Of a DNA stretch of 64,000 bases, positions 56,547-64,000 are shown piece by piece. Position numbers and translations under genes: made by a program. The notes under the pieces were generated by a model. It was not told where the DNA came from and did no database searches. It worked only from the letters and a program-made list of their open reading frames with translations. Position 1 is the first letter of the stretch. Each line of letters opens with the position of its first letter. Source of the stretch: a virus. The stretch spans positions 1 through 64,000 of IMG/VR virus record IMGVR_UViG_3300032182_000187; one strand, 5' to 3'.

Positions 56547-56681
56547 TTAGAGGAACTCATACATGAAGTAATCAACTGTTACTTCAAGACGTGCTGCTTC
56601 CTCTTCAATTGCTTTAGTGAACAGCAAATCAATGTCACCATCCTCATATTGTTGGAGGATATCAAGTTGGTCATTAGTCAT
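56547..56681 (-). CDS. Hypothetical protein, 44 aa
   Basis: IEEEAARLEVTVDYFMYEFL, a motif recurrent in cyanophage small genes. Confidence 0.6.
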   Translation of the reverse strand: MTNDQLDILQQYEDGDIDLLFTKAIEEEAARLEVTVDYFMYEFL

Positions 56682-56835
56682 CAAGGTCTTGCTCCATGAA
56701 ATCAAGTAGTTTTTGATACAGATTGCTTGAATCTACATCGCATTGTTGTTGAAAGAATGCCTCATCTCGTGTTGATAACTGTTGCATGGCGGAGATGAGA
56801 AATTCTGATTCGTTGTACGTAAGTGTGCATTCCAT
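56674..56835 (-). CDS. Hypothetical protein
   Basis: MECTLTYNESEFL..LYQKL. Confidence 0.5.
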   Translation of the reverse strand: MECTLTYNESEFLISAMQQLSTRDEAFFQQQCDVDSSNLYQKLLDFMEQDLDD

Positions 56836-56978
56836 TGCCTGATTACTCCTGCAATAATAAAACAATTAGTAATGAGATAAGAAAGGAGTATAACAGTACG
56901 TAAGAGAGCAATATTGTCTGCCTCTCTGTCATTACGTCCCTCCTTTCTTCCTAATGCTAAACTCCATAGTCTCCACAT
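56733..56978 (-). CDS. Small membrane protein
   Basis: MWRLWSLALG.K...DREAD.IA..RT plus one hydrophobic helix. Confidence 0.65.
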   Translation of the reverse strand: MWRLWSLALGRKEGRNDREADNIALLRTVILLSYLITNCFIIAGVIRQWNAHLRTTNQNFSSPPCNSYQHEMRHSFNNNAM

Positions 56979-57118
56979 TACAGTTTAGCAGTGACACCTA
57001 TGATAGTGGCATTAGGATTACGTGCCAGAGCAGTTTCTCTGGCATCCTGATAGTCAGTGGCATGTACAGTCTCGACAAATACTTTGCCTGCCTTGTACAT
57101 TTTTACTTCACAAATCAT
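56978..57118 (-). CDS. Hypothetical protein, 46 aa
   Basis: MICEVKMYKAGKVFVETVHATDYQDARETALARNP; coupled on both sides. Confidence 0.7.
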   Translation of the reverse strand: MICEVKMYKAGKVFVETVHATDYQDARETALARNPNATIIGVTAKL

Positions 57119-57303
57119 GCGTCGTAACCTTCACGACGGAGCATGATACGACGTACATCAATAGCGTCATTCTCATTGGCATAGATGCCAATACGTACCC
57201 GAGACTCACGATGCACCAGTTCCCAACGATGAGAACCAATGATGCCACGAACAATGTAAGGATTGCCAGTGCCTTGAGGATAGGGTTTCTTTTGGAATTG
57301 CAT
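57115..57303 (-). CDS. Hypothetical protein
   Basis: 62 aa, coupled to the downstream ORF. Confidence 0.55.
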   Translation of the reverse strand: MQFQKKPYPQGTGNPYIVRGIIGSHRWELVHRESRVRIGIYANENDAIDVRRIMLRREGYDA

Positions 57304-57309
57304 GATGAA

Positions 57310-57447
57310 TCAGTTGAAGTTGTGCAAATTGTGCCACACGGCACCGATGTTCATGTGACCGTGGAAGTACCCTGCAATGATAACACAGAGGGTGAAGAAT
57401 ATCACCCCCAGGAACATGAGGATAGGTGTGATGGGTTTATCTTGCAT
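57310..57447 (-). CDS. Small membrane protein, 45 aa
   Basis: Hydrophobic helix followed by IAGYFHGHMNIGAVW. Confidence 0.6.
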   Translation of the reverse strand: MQDKPITPILMFLGVIFFTLCVIIAGYFHGHMNIGAVWHNLHNFN

Positions 57448-57844
57448 AGAGATAACCACCAGACCAGTCGGCGTGAGTGTAGAGATACTCACGATCGCCT
57501 TCCTTGAGGATATTATAGCGTATCCCCTTCGCTGGTGCATTGATGCTGGCGGGTTTGTACACATCACCAGTGTTACGATCCACGAAGGCATGGACAGACC
57601 TGCTGTTGCCACTGTCCTTCATCATCACCTTCAGGTAACGACGACCACGAGTGATGTAGAACTCCATGGAAGCACCATGCTCAACGATCTCATCGATCTT
57701 GGACTGGTGATAGTCCATGTTGATGTCGTTAGCAATGCTCCGCTTGTGGTGGCGGATCTGGTAGTCCTTGAAGTTCATGTAGAGTGCATCACACAGCATC
57801 ACAGTGTAGTCCTCGACACGTTCCGCAGTCAGTGTGGTGTTCAT
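57437..57844 (-). CDS. Conserved early cyanophage protein
   Basis: GRRYLKV, SVHAFVD..TGDVYKPAS..APAKGIRY and DWSGGYLY; promoter -10 TATGAT at 57870-57875 with dyad at 57906. Confidence 0.8.
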   Translation of the reverse strand: MNTTLTAERVEDYTVMLCDALYMNFKDYQIRHHKRSIANDINMDYHQSKIDEIVEHGASMEFYITRGRRYLKVMMKDSGNSRSVHAFVDRNTGDVYKPASINAPAKGIRYNILKEGDREYLYTHADWSGGYLYAR

Positions 57845-57870
57845 GGGTGGTTCCCTTGATTACTCCGTAA

Positions 57871-58077
57871 TCATAGAGCGTCAAACAGGTCCCTGAGGTC
57901 CATCAGTGCCACTTTGCTCTCTGTCATAGCGGTGATGGTGTCCGACAGTTTGTCGATTATACTCTGGTGCTTCACGCCAGGACTAATAATCTGCTCTGTT
58001 TTTGCGATGTTGTAACTAGAAGTACGTTGCAGACACATAATAATGTGCTGCAACTCTTCTTTAGTGAACTTATTCAT
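57871..58077 (-). CDS. Hypothetical protein
   Basis: 68 aa, ATGA-coupled. Confidence 0.5.
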   Translation of the reverse strand: MNKFTKEELQHIIMCLQRTSSYNIAKTEQIISPGVKHQSIIDKLSDTITAMTESKVALMDLRDLFDAL

Positions 58078-58253
58078 TTTGGTCTGTTGACATGACGATC
58101 AAACAATCTCATTTGATAACCTTCCCTAAACGCTTGAAGGATGATGTTATCATAGCTATGTGAGTGTAGCGGAATATGTCTGTGCAGAAGATAGTCTTCA
58201 CAGTCTTCTGCCAGTTGTTCTTTAAACTCGTGGTCCAATGCATCTAAATTCAT
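58074..58253 (-). CDS. Hypothetical protein, 59 aa (not in ORF track)
   Basis: MNLDALDHEFKEQLAEDCEDYLLHRHIP..; fills the gap exactly. Confidence 0.6.
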   Translation of the reverse strand: MNLDALDHEFKEQLAEDCEDYLLHRHIPLHSHSYDNIILQAFREGYQMRLFDRHVNRPK

Positions 58254-58508
58254 TCAATATCCTGTATAACGGAATACCGCATGTTCCTTGTAATCATTCA
58301 TCTGTTGTTCCAATTGTGTGTTGTTACCAATCTCTTTCATGATGGCATGTTGTTGGATTTCGGTTGGTCTTAAATATTCACCAGTGTCGGGATGCTTGAT
58401 TTCAATATCCTCAGTAGTGAGGAAAAAAGCGACAATAGGTGTTTCACCCGAGCGAATTGATGAATACTCATCAAGCCAGGACTTTAGTTGATCTAGAGTG
58501 TAGTACAT
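58254..58508 (-). CDS. Hypothetical protein
   Basis: 84-aa ORF (YTLDQLK..GETPIVAF..T.EDI). Confidence 0.65.
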   Translation of the reverse strand: MYYTLDQLKSWLDEYSSIRSGETPIVAFFLTTEDIEIKHPDTGEYLRPTEIQQHAIMKEIGNNTQLEQQMNDYKEHAVFRYTGY

Positions 58509-58686
58509 GAGAGAGAATTTCTTTGGTGGTGGTCATACAGGAACGAGCATAACCAGTGGCATATGCATAACCACAATCAGGGTCAGCATTAGGTGCATCA
58601 TAACATTTTTGAATGGCACTGTCAAGATCCTCAATAAGTTTTGAGAGGATCTCATCATCAATTGTCGAGAGTTGCACGGATGTCAT
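58471..58686 (-). CDS. Hypothetical protein
   Basis: IEDLDSAIQKC..GYAYATGYARS; start uncertain. Confidence 0.6.
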   Translation of the reverse strand: MTSVQLSTIDDEILSKLIEDLDSAIQKCYDAPNADPDCGYAYATGYARSCMTTTKEILSHVLHSRSTKVLA

Positions 58687-58861
58687 CGAATGAGATGTCA
58701 GGGAAATGGAGACGGGTTTGCTCGTCTGATTGGTCCCACAGTTTACTATGGATAACCAGAGAGTCAACTTGAAAGAACTGCTCACACTCATCTACGTCAG
58801 TAGCGAGAGCACGTTGAAGGAGTTCGATCAGAAAATCACATTCATCAGCATTGAGTTCCAT
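58658..58861 (-). CDS. Hypothetical protein
   Basis: MELNADECDFL..; promoter -10 TATATT at 58884-58889. Confidence 0.55.
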   Translation of the reverse strand: MELNADECDFLIELLQRALATDVDECEQFFQVDSLVIHSKLWDQSDEQTRLHFPDISFDDIRATLDN

Positions 58862-58892
58862 AATGTATATAGCGAACATGATCAATATACAC

Positions 58893-58917
58893 AAAAAAAG
58901 CAGGGCGTCTGCCCTGC
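58893..58917 (-). terminator. Rho-independent terminator
   Basis: Stem GCAGGGC/GCCCTGC, 4-nt loop and T7 tail. Confidence 0.85.
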
Positions 58918-58941
58918 CTGTGTCAGCGTATAAACTGTCTA

Positions 58942-59073
58942 CTATGGGTGGACATGACACTCAGTGCCATGACAGTGGTGATTGCCACCATCCCAGTGAA
59001 ATGCTCCGTGAGCGATCTCCCAGGTGCTAACAGAAATCACACTAGTTGCGAGAATAGTAAAGAATGTATTCAT
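58942..59073 (-). CDS. 43-aa His/Cys-rich peptide with hydrophobic N-terminus (not in ORF track)
   Basis: MNTFFTILATSVISVSTWEIAHGAFHWDGGNHHCHGTECHVHP, between TATAAATA (59103-59110) and a terminator. Confidence 0.7.
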   Translation of the reverse strand: MNTFFTILATSVISVSTWEIAHGAFHWDGGNHHCHGTECHVHP

Positions 59074-59101
59074 CTGAAAATAAAATTGAACGCTTACAAA
59101 G

Positions 59102-59242
59102 TTATTTATATTCTTTTTCTAGTCTTTCTAATCTATTCTCCAACTCATAGAGGAGATTGGTTGTACCAATGTTTTCCTCTTCTAACCGATCAATCCTGTC
59201 CTCTAATGTTGTGATATACTCTTGTAAGTCATCGTATTGCAT
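59102..59242 (-). CDS. Coiled-coil hypothetical protein, 46 aa
   Basis: RIDRLEEENIGTTNLLYELENR; a late promoter is embedded in its 3' end. Confidence 0.65.
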   Translation of the reverse strand: MQYDDLQEYITTLEDRIDRLEEENIGTTNLLYELENRLERLEKEYK

Positions 59243-59247
59243 TTTTT

Positions 59248-59436
59248 CTACAGCACAGGTTCTTTTATATATGCTCCTGTGTATTTGTAGAGTTTATATT
59301 TGCAATTGTACCTGTTAATATACTTAACAGCGTGCTCCTCACATGTAAACCAACACTTCTTTTTCTCAGACATGTCATCAAGATAGTATGGAAACATCTG
59401 CACCCATGGGAACAGTTCTTTCTTCCTACTATTCAT
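59248..59436 (-). CDS. Hypothetical protein
   Basis: FPYYLDD..KKCWFTCEEH..KYINRY; start at ATG 59436 just after the upstream stop. Confidence 0.7.
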   Translation of the reverse strand: MNSRKKELFPWVQMFPYYLDDMSEKKKCWFTCEEHAVKYINRYNCKYKLYKYTGAYIKEPVL

Positions 59437-59440
59437 CACC

Positions 59441-59812
59441 TTAATCTCTGGTTTCTTTGCCCTCGCTTTCCGAGTTGTAGTAGTTCCACGTACCGTTTTC
59501 TTCTGGCGAGTAGAAGTAGGGACTGACGAAGGTTTCTTCGTTGATTGCTTTGATGTACTCTTGGTATTTGTCGGTTTCTTCTTGCTCGGTGCTCTTTTCT
59601 TTTTGCTGGGTGTCGATACGGTGCTTGATTTGGTCTTGCTGGTCCTGGGCATACATTTCTCCTGTTGATTCATCATAATACCATGTCCACTCACTATCAT
59701 CGAGACATGTCCACTCATCCTCTAGATCTTCACCAACCCATCGTTTGAGTGCATCGTAGCGATCACGCCACATCTTAACTTCTTCTTCAAGTTGTTTGAT
59801 TCTGTCTTCCAT
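59441..59812 (-). CDS. Acidic hypothetical protein
   Basis: MEDRIKQLEEEV..; abuts the carbamoyltransferase stop. Confidence 0.65.
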   Translation of the reverse strand: MEDRIKQLEEEVKMWRDRYDALKRWVGEDLEDEWTCLDDSEWTWYYDESTGEMYAQDQQDQIKHRIDTQQKEKSTEQEETDKYQEYIKAINEETFVSPYFYSPEENGTWNYYNSESEGKETRD

Positions 59813-59813
59813 G

Positions 59814-61316
59814 TCATCTCCTGATAATATCATTGCCAGCAACAACACAATCGAGATCAGATTGATGCAACAGATCTACAGCGTCTTGAATGTGTCCTGC
59901 GATAGGTTTACCATTATTATTTAATGATGTGTTCAATACCATAGGAATTCCAGTAATAGTGTTAAATTTATCAATTAATTGATAATAATATGTGTGTGAT
60001 TGATCAACAGTTTGTATTCTAGATGTGCCATCTACATGTGAGATAGCAGGGAATCGATCTGGTTCACGTACATCGGCAACATATAACATATGTGGTGTAG
60101 GATCAGTCCATTTAAAATATACATCAACATGTTCCTCAAGGACCGATGCACCAAATGGTCTAAACCACTCACGATGTTTGACTCTCTGGTTTATAATATC
60201 CTTACCATTTGGTAGGGTTGGGTTCATCAATATACTACGATTACCAAGTGCTCTCGATCCTATCTCACCCTGTCCTTGATACCATCCAACAATAGCACCA
60301 TTTGCCAACATTTCAGCAACCTCAGTAATAGTTTCCTCTGTTGGTACACTATCAGGTGCCTCATCATCCTGCCAGAATGGGAAACCAGTTCTATCAAACT
60401 CTTCCTCTTGTTGATAATGTTGTCTAAGATATTCTACAATACCAAGACTGAGACCCTCATCACTACAATGTGGTGGAATAACTAATCTCTTATTTCTAAG
60501 AGCACATGTATTTCTGATTGCAGTGTTGAGTACACTATTCTGTGCAACACCACCACTGAATGATATTGTGAGTGCATCTTGTGAAGCAAAGTATTTACCA
60601 AAGATACGCTCAGTTGCTTCATGCCATAGACCAATGTAATCACATCTACGCTCCCAATCCATCATCTCAAATCCATATACACCCCATACATGGTTAATAT
60701 GCTCAATTGAGAAGCATTCTAATTGTCCTAACAAATGCTGATCGTCTAGCATTCTAGAGAATCCTTTCAATGCCATCAGTTTACCAGCAAAATCATAGGG
60801 ATTGCCTTCAATACCCATGTAATGACCAGCATAGTGTGGCATGATCTGACCAAGACTCATACAATCATCATTGCTATATGCTCGCTGCCTTTCTGTATTC
60901 CAAAACACAGAGTGTGATAAGTTATCATCACCCCACCCATCAAATACTAATGCTGTGTGTGATCCTTCATCAAGTGGCCATACACTCAACGCATGTGCCA
61001 AATGATGGTCTATTCTATGAATGGGACACTTAAATCCCATCTTCTCAAACACAGGTATGTCGAGATATTCATGAATAATAGTGTCATTTATCTGAAGATA
61101 TTCATGTTTATCTGCATCAATGACAATACCAACAGCATCTATCTCAGATGGTGTAACATTCCATCGTTTGAGTACATACTCCCATGATGATAAGTTATCA
61201 AATCCATGGTGCTTACGCTGTAGATCACGTTCTGACTTATAATACTTTACCTTAACACCGTCTGTATAGGTAATATTAGAGTCATGTTCACACAATCTAA
61301 GACCAAGGAATTTCAT
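59814..61316 (-). CDS. Carbamoyltransferase (NodU/CmcH/TobZ family)
   Basis: HDS, HHLAHA, DGWGD, GKLMAL, SGGVAQN, RALGNRS, REWFRPF, HVDGTSRIQTV and LNTSLN. Confidence 0.93.
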   Translation of the reverse strand: MKFLGLRLCEHDSNITYTDGVKVKYYKSERDLQRKHHGFDNLSSWEYVLKRWNVTPSEIDAVGIVIDADKHEYLQINDTIIHEYLDIPVFEKMGFKCPIHRIDHHLAHALSVWPLDEGSHTALVFDGWGDDNLSHSVFWNTERQRAYSNDDCMSLGQIMPHYAGHYMGIEGNPYDFAGKLMALKGFSRMLDDQHLLGQLECFSIEHINHVWGVYGFEMMDWERRCDYIGLWHEATERIFGKYFASQDALTISFSGGVAQNSVLNTAIRNTCALRNKRLVIPPHCSDEGLSLGIVEYLRQHYQQEEEFDRTGFPFWQDDEAPDSVPTEETITEVAEMLANGAIVGWYQGQGEIGSRALGNRSILMNPTLPNGKDIINQRVKHREWFRPFGASVLEEHVDVYFKWTDPTPHMLYVADVREPDRFPAISHVDGTSRIQTVDQSHTYYYQLIDKFNTITGIPMVLNTSLNNNGKPIAGHIQDAVDLLHQSDLDCVVAGNDIIRR

Positions 61317-61674
61317 AATAGTGTTTGGGATCTAAACTAAAGGATTTAATAACTCCATCTACGAAATGGATTCTACAACGAGGATGTCTATCTGGACCAC
61401 TGTATCTCTCTGGATATATCTCAACATAATCAGTAATTAATAATGGTCTGACTTTACCATGAGTACCATTTGGTTTATATGTGAACCACATGGGTGATGT
61501 GTCATCAGGAACAAAGTCTTGTGTGCCAGATGTATCAATGTGCCATATTCTACCAGATGGATCAATCCAGTAATCATGCATCAAACCACCATCATTAATA
61601 TCTTTGGTTTGATTTACACCTTCAAACTCTTTACCAAGTTTGTAAGATGAGCGTACGTGGTCAAACATTCCCAT
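61297..61674 (-). CDS. Conserved hypothetical protein
   Basis: MGMFDHVR..QTKD..YWIDPSG..F.DG, with GGAGG RBS. Confidence 0.75.
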   Translation of the reverse strand: MGMFDHVRSSYKLGKEFEGVNQTKDINDGGLMHDYWIDPSGRIWHIDTSGTQDFVPDDTSPMWFTYKPNGTHGKVRPLLITDYVEIYPERYSGPDRHPRCRIHFVDGVIKSFSLDPKHYYEIPWS

Positions 61675-61676
61675 TG

Positions 61677-62291
61677 TTAATCCTCCCCAACAGCGTTTTG
61701 ACAATCAGTATATTCAGAATACATCCAACCAGTCACAAGATATTTAACTTCAGATTTTGGTGGATATCCTCTATGTTCATATTGCCAGGTTGCAGGAAAT
61801 ACTATTAATTTACCTGTCTCTGGTTGAACTTTAGTTCCATCGATAAATTCGGTGTAACCATCTTCTACAACATCATTGAGATACCAAATAAATGTTGCTA
61901 TACGAACATCTAATTTGTTTTCTTTTTCTCTATATCTTGGCATACCATCATGATGCCAGACATAAAATCCTCCTGGTTCAGTTCTCTGTATTTGATAACC
62001 AGAGTCTTCAACTGGTCGTTTGAATTCATGATAAATTTTGTCCCCTGGCAATTGGTTGACATATTCATCGAATGAAGTGTTTAATGATTTAAAGAACACT
62101 TCATCCTCTTCACCCCAATCTTCATATGCACTAATCAATAAATCTGTTGATTGTTTTACTTCTGGTACATAACCTGAACCAGTCTTACCTGGAATCGTAC
62201 GTTCATCGGCATTAAATTTTTCAATAACGTGGGCACAAAATTCAGGTGTCAATGCATTGTTTTTAATCCAAATGTAATCACTTAGTTTCAT
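61677..62291 (-). CDS. 2OG-Fe(II) oxygenase (prolyl-4-hydroxylase-like)
   Basis: WHHD, WYLNDV..G.TEF, FPATW.YEHRG and KYLVTGW. Confidence 0.88.
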   Translation of the reverse strand: MKLSDYIWIKNNALTPEFCAHVIEKFNADERTIPGKTGSGYVPEVKQSTDLLISAYEDWGEEDEVFFKSLNTSFDEYVNQLPGDKIYHEFKRPVEDSGYQIQRTEPGGFYVWHHDGMPRYREKENKLDVRIATFIWYLNDVVEDGYTEFIDGTKVQPETGKLIVFPATWQYEHRGYPPKSEVKYLVTGWMYSEYTDCQNAVGED

Positions 62292-62526
62292 GTTCCTTTT
62301 CTACAGATTTAATCAATTTGTCCATACGTCTCTCGAAAAACCAACGAGAGATCTTGTTGCTAGGGTGAAATTGAATAATATACCAGTATCGCCTGATATT
62401 AATCCACACTAGTTTCATTCGCAATACTATGTAGTCAGCGACATTTCTGTCAATTGTGACAACATATAACAAGAGTGCAAAGGTTGAGAACCACAACCAA
62501 AACCATGTGTCATAGACCATCATCAT
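62278..62526 (-). CDS. Small membrane hypothetical protein
   Basis: N-terminal hydrophobic helix, then D.NVADY..HP.N. Confidence 0.65.
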   Translation of the reverse strand: MMMVYDTWFWLWFSTFALLLYVVTIDRNVADYIVLRMKLVWINIRRYWYIIQFHPSNKISRWFFERRMDKLIKSVEKEHETK

Positions 62527-62728
62527 CCTCGAAACTTAGGTATTCTATTGCCTTTTTCTGTTTATTGAAATATTTACGACACTTCTTAACTTCTTTCAGT
62601 TCATCTTTGATCATCTGATATGCATCCTCGGCAGTGATTCTCTTTGCCATCTCCATAGCAGTGATCATCTCTACCCTGGTGCCGAAGTGTTTAAGTGCCT
62701 CCTCAAAACAATTTAGTGACTCGTACAT
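62510..62728 (-). CDS. Conserved cyanophage hypothetical protein
   Basis: MYESLNCFEEALKHFGTRVE...AMEM...AEDAYQMIK. Confidence 0.75.
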   Translation of the reverse strand: MYESLNCFEEALKHFGTRVEMITAMEMAKRITAEDAYQMIKDELKEVKKCRKYFNKQKKAIEYLSFEDDDGL

Positions 62729-62746
62729 GTGAATCCTTCAACTATA

Positions 62747-63964
62747 CTATTTAATATCGATAGCGGGTTCACCCTTATCGAAGATAGTTGATACAACCTC
62801 GTTCAAACGTTGACGAGTGTTCTTACCGTAGTTCTTGAACACAGGCACAGTAACAAAACCAGTGCTCTTGCGATACATGGAGAAGTTACCAGCAGGGATT
62901 TTGCCAGACTGAATGTCAGCACTGTCCTCTTTGTTGAGACGAATCACACGACCAATAGTCTGTGCCATCTCAATGACAGGGAGATTACGGAGAAGAATAG
63001 TATGTGTCAGACCACTCACATTGATGCCTTCAGAAAGAATGCTGTAGTGGAAAATGATGAACTTACGATCACGCTGCATACCCCAACGATTAAGAGTCTG
63101 GAAGAACTCATCACGGGTCACTTTTTGTTGATTGACATAGGCACCATGCTTGCTGGTGATGTGCATGACATCATAACCACGCTGAGAGAGGTCTGTAAGG
63201 ACCTGTGTGGTCGATAGCATGTTCCACAGTACCTTTGTGCTAGGAGCAGCGACAAGGACCTTCTGGGCGTTGCTAGCGTCCAGTCTGTCAATCATGTCGA
63301 TGAGAGTCTGTGCATCATTCTCAGCAGCATTTGATTTGCATCGCTCGATGTCAACCTCATGGATATCAATCGTAGGACGCAGAATGCTGCCCTGTTGTAC
63401 AAGTTCAGGTGCAGGCACGTTAGCAATAATATCACCGAAGATGATACGATTGTTCATGCCATTGCCATTCCTTCTATGCTTAGGAGTAGCAGTGAAGTAA
63501 TAATAGTTGTCAGCATCACAAACACTGACATAATCAAAGAAATCTTTGCGTACTCCATTGTGTGCTTCATCGAAGTAAGCAACACTGATGTCAATCTCAG
63601 ACTCATTAACACGACGCAGTGAGTTGTAGGTAGTGAAGATGATCTTGTGATTGTCAACGATCTCATCCCACTCTTGAATGACAGATGCTTTGGTGGTGCT
63701 CTTGTAGCGTGTCTCTCCACTGTGGACATGGAGAACGTTGGCACAGTCAATAAACTCCATGAACTCACTGCAGAGTTGCTCTGCAAGCAAGATACGTGGA
63801 GCACAGACAACGATGGTCTGGGGTGTGGTAGCGTTCTCGATGCGACGGAGAGCATCAAAGATCATGATCAAGGTCTTGCCAGCACCTGTGGGAGCAATGA
63901 CCTGACCATGTGTGTGCGTGGACAGAGCGTTGAGTGCTCGCTGCTGGTGGGGGCGAAGTTCCAT
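62747..63964 (-). CDS. Superfamily 2 helicase (DEAH, ResIII-like)
   Basis: Q-motif LRPHQ, APTGAGKT, DEAH, TAT, SEGIN and QTIGRVIR. Confidence 0.9.
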   Translation of the reverse strand: MELRPHQQRALNALSTHTHGQVIAPTGAGKTLIMIFDALRRIENATTPQTIVVCAPRILLAEQLCSEFMEFIDCANVLHVHSGETRYKSTTKASVIQEWDEIVDNHKIIFTTYNSLRRVNESEIDISVAYFDEAHNGVRKDFFDYVSVCDADNYYYFTATPKHRRNGNGMNNRIIFGDIIANVPAPELVQQGSILRPTIDIHEVDIERCKSNAAENDAQTLIDMIDRLDASNAQKVLVAAPSTKVLWNMLSTTQVLTDLSQRGYDVMHITSKHGAYVNQQKVTRDEFFQTLNRWGMQRDRKFIIFHYSILSEGINVSGLTHTILLRNLPVIEMAQTIGRVIRLNKEDSADIQSGKIPAGNFSMYRKSTGFVTVPVFKNYGKNTRQRLNEVVSTIFDKGEPAIDIK

Positions 63965-64000
63965 GGTGTGGGGTGATTACATAGATAGTATCCCACGAAA

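Noticed and set aside
58962-58968. Additional early-promoter dyad (AGTGCCA)
   Set aside because: It is a half-site only, with no -10 at the expected distance, and lies within the His/Cys peptide codons.
59437-59718. Long dual-coding overlap giving a Lys/Ser/Thr-rich histone-like N-terminus
   Set aside because: This is the frame shadow of the Glu/Gln-rich gene 59441-59812. A start at 59436 gives a normal adjacent arrangement.
62747-63964. Type III restriction-modification system
   Set aside because: Only the helicase core is present. No nuclease domain or adjacent methyltransferase is visible in the window.

Overview
This is a 64 kb segment of a marine T4-like myovirus. The gene content, early-promoter style and NtcA-like and DnaA-like sites point to a Synechococcus/Prochlorococcus cyanophage. 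Essentially all credible genes are on the minus strand. In transcription order (right to left) the window holds: (i) 64.0-54.6 kb, an early/accessory region with an SF2 helicase, 2OG-Fe(II) oxygenases, a carbamoyltransferase and many small ORFs; (ii) 54.55-50.7 kb, a gene-sparse regulatory hub with sigma70-like early promoters sharing an upstream dyad, three tandem DnaA-type boxes, a 6x24-bp repeat array, duplicated AT-rich hairpin elements, a Gp88-like gene and two KTSC-like genes; (iii) 50.7-8.2 kb, the late baseplate/tail module (PAAR, gp25, gp6, 3634-aa gp7, gp8, VrlC-like protein, fibre proteins including a 3489-aa giant, three Gly-rich paralogues); (iv) 8.2-3.5 kb, an island with a flavin-dependent halogenase and three oxygenases; (v) gp13, gp14, gp15 and gp16. 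The most notable observations are phycobiliprotein-like helical domains and a nested domain architecture in the giant fibre, a type-1-copper-like motif in another virion protein, the DnaA-box/repeat hub, and an unannotated His/Cys-rich late peptide. I saw no tRNA, rRNA, CRISPR array or mobile element. All family calls come from motif recognition by eye, not database searches.
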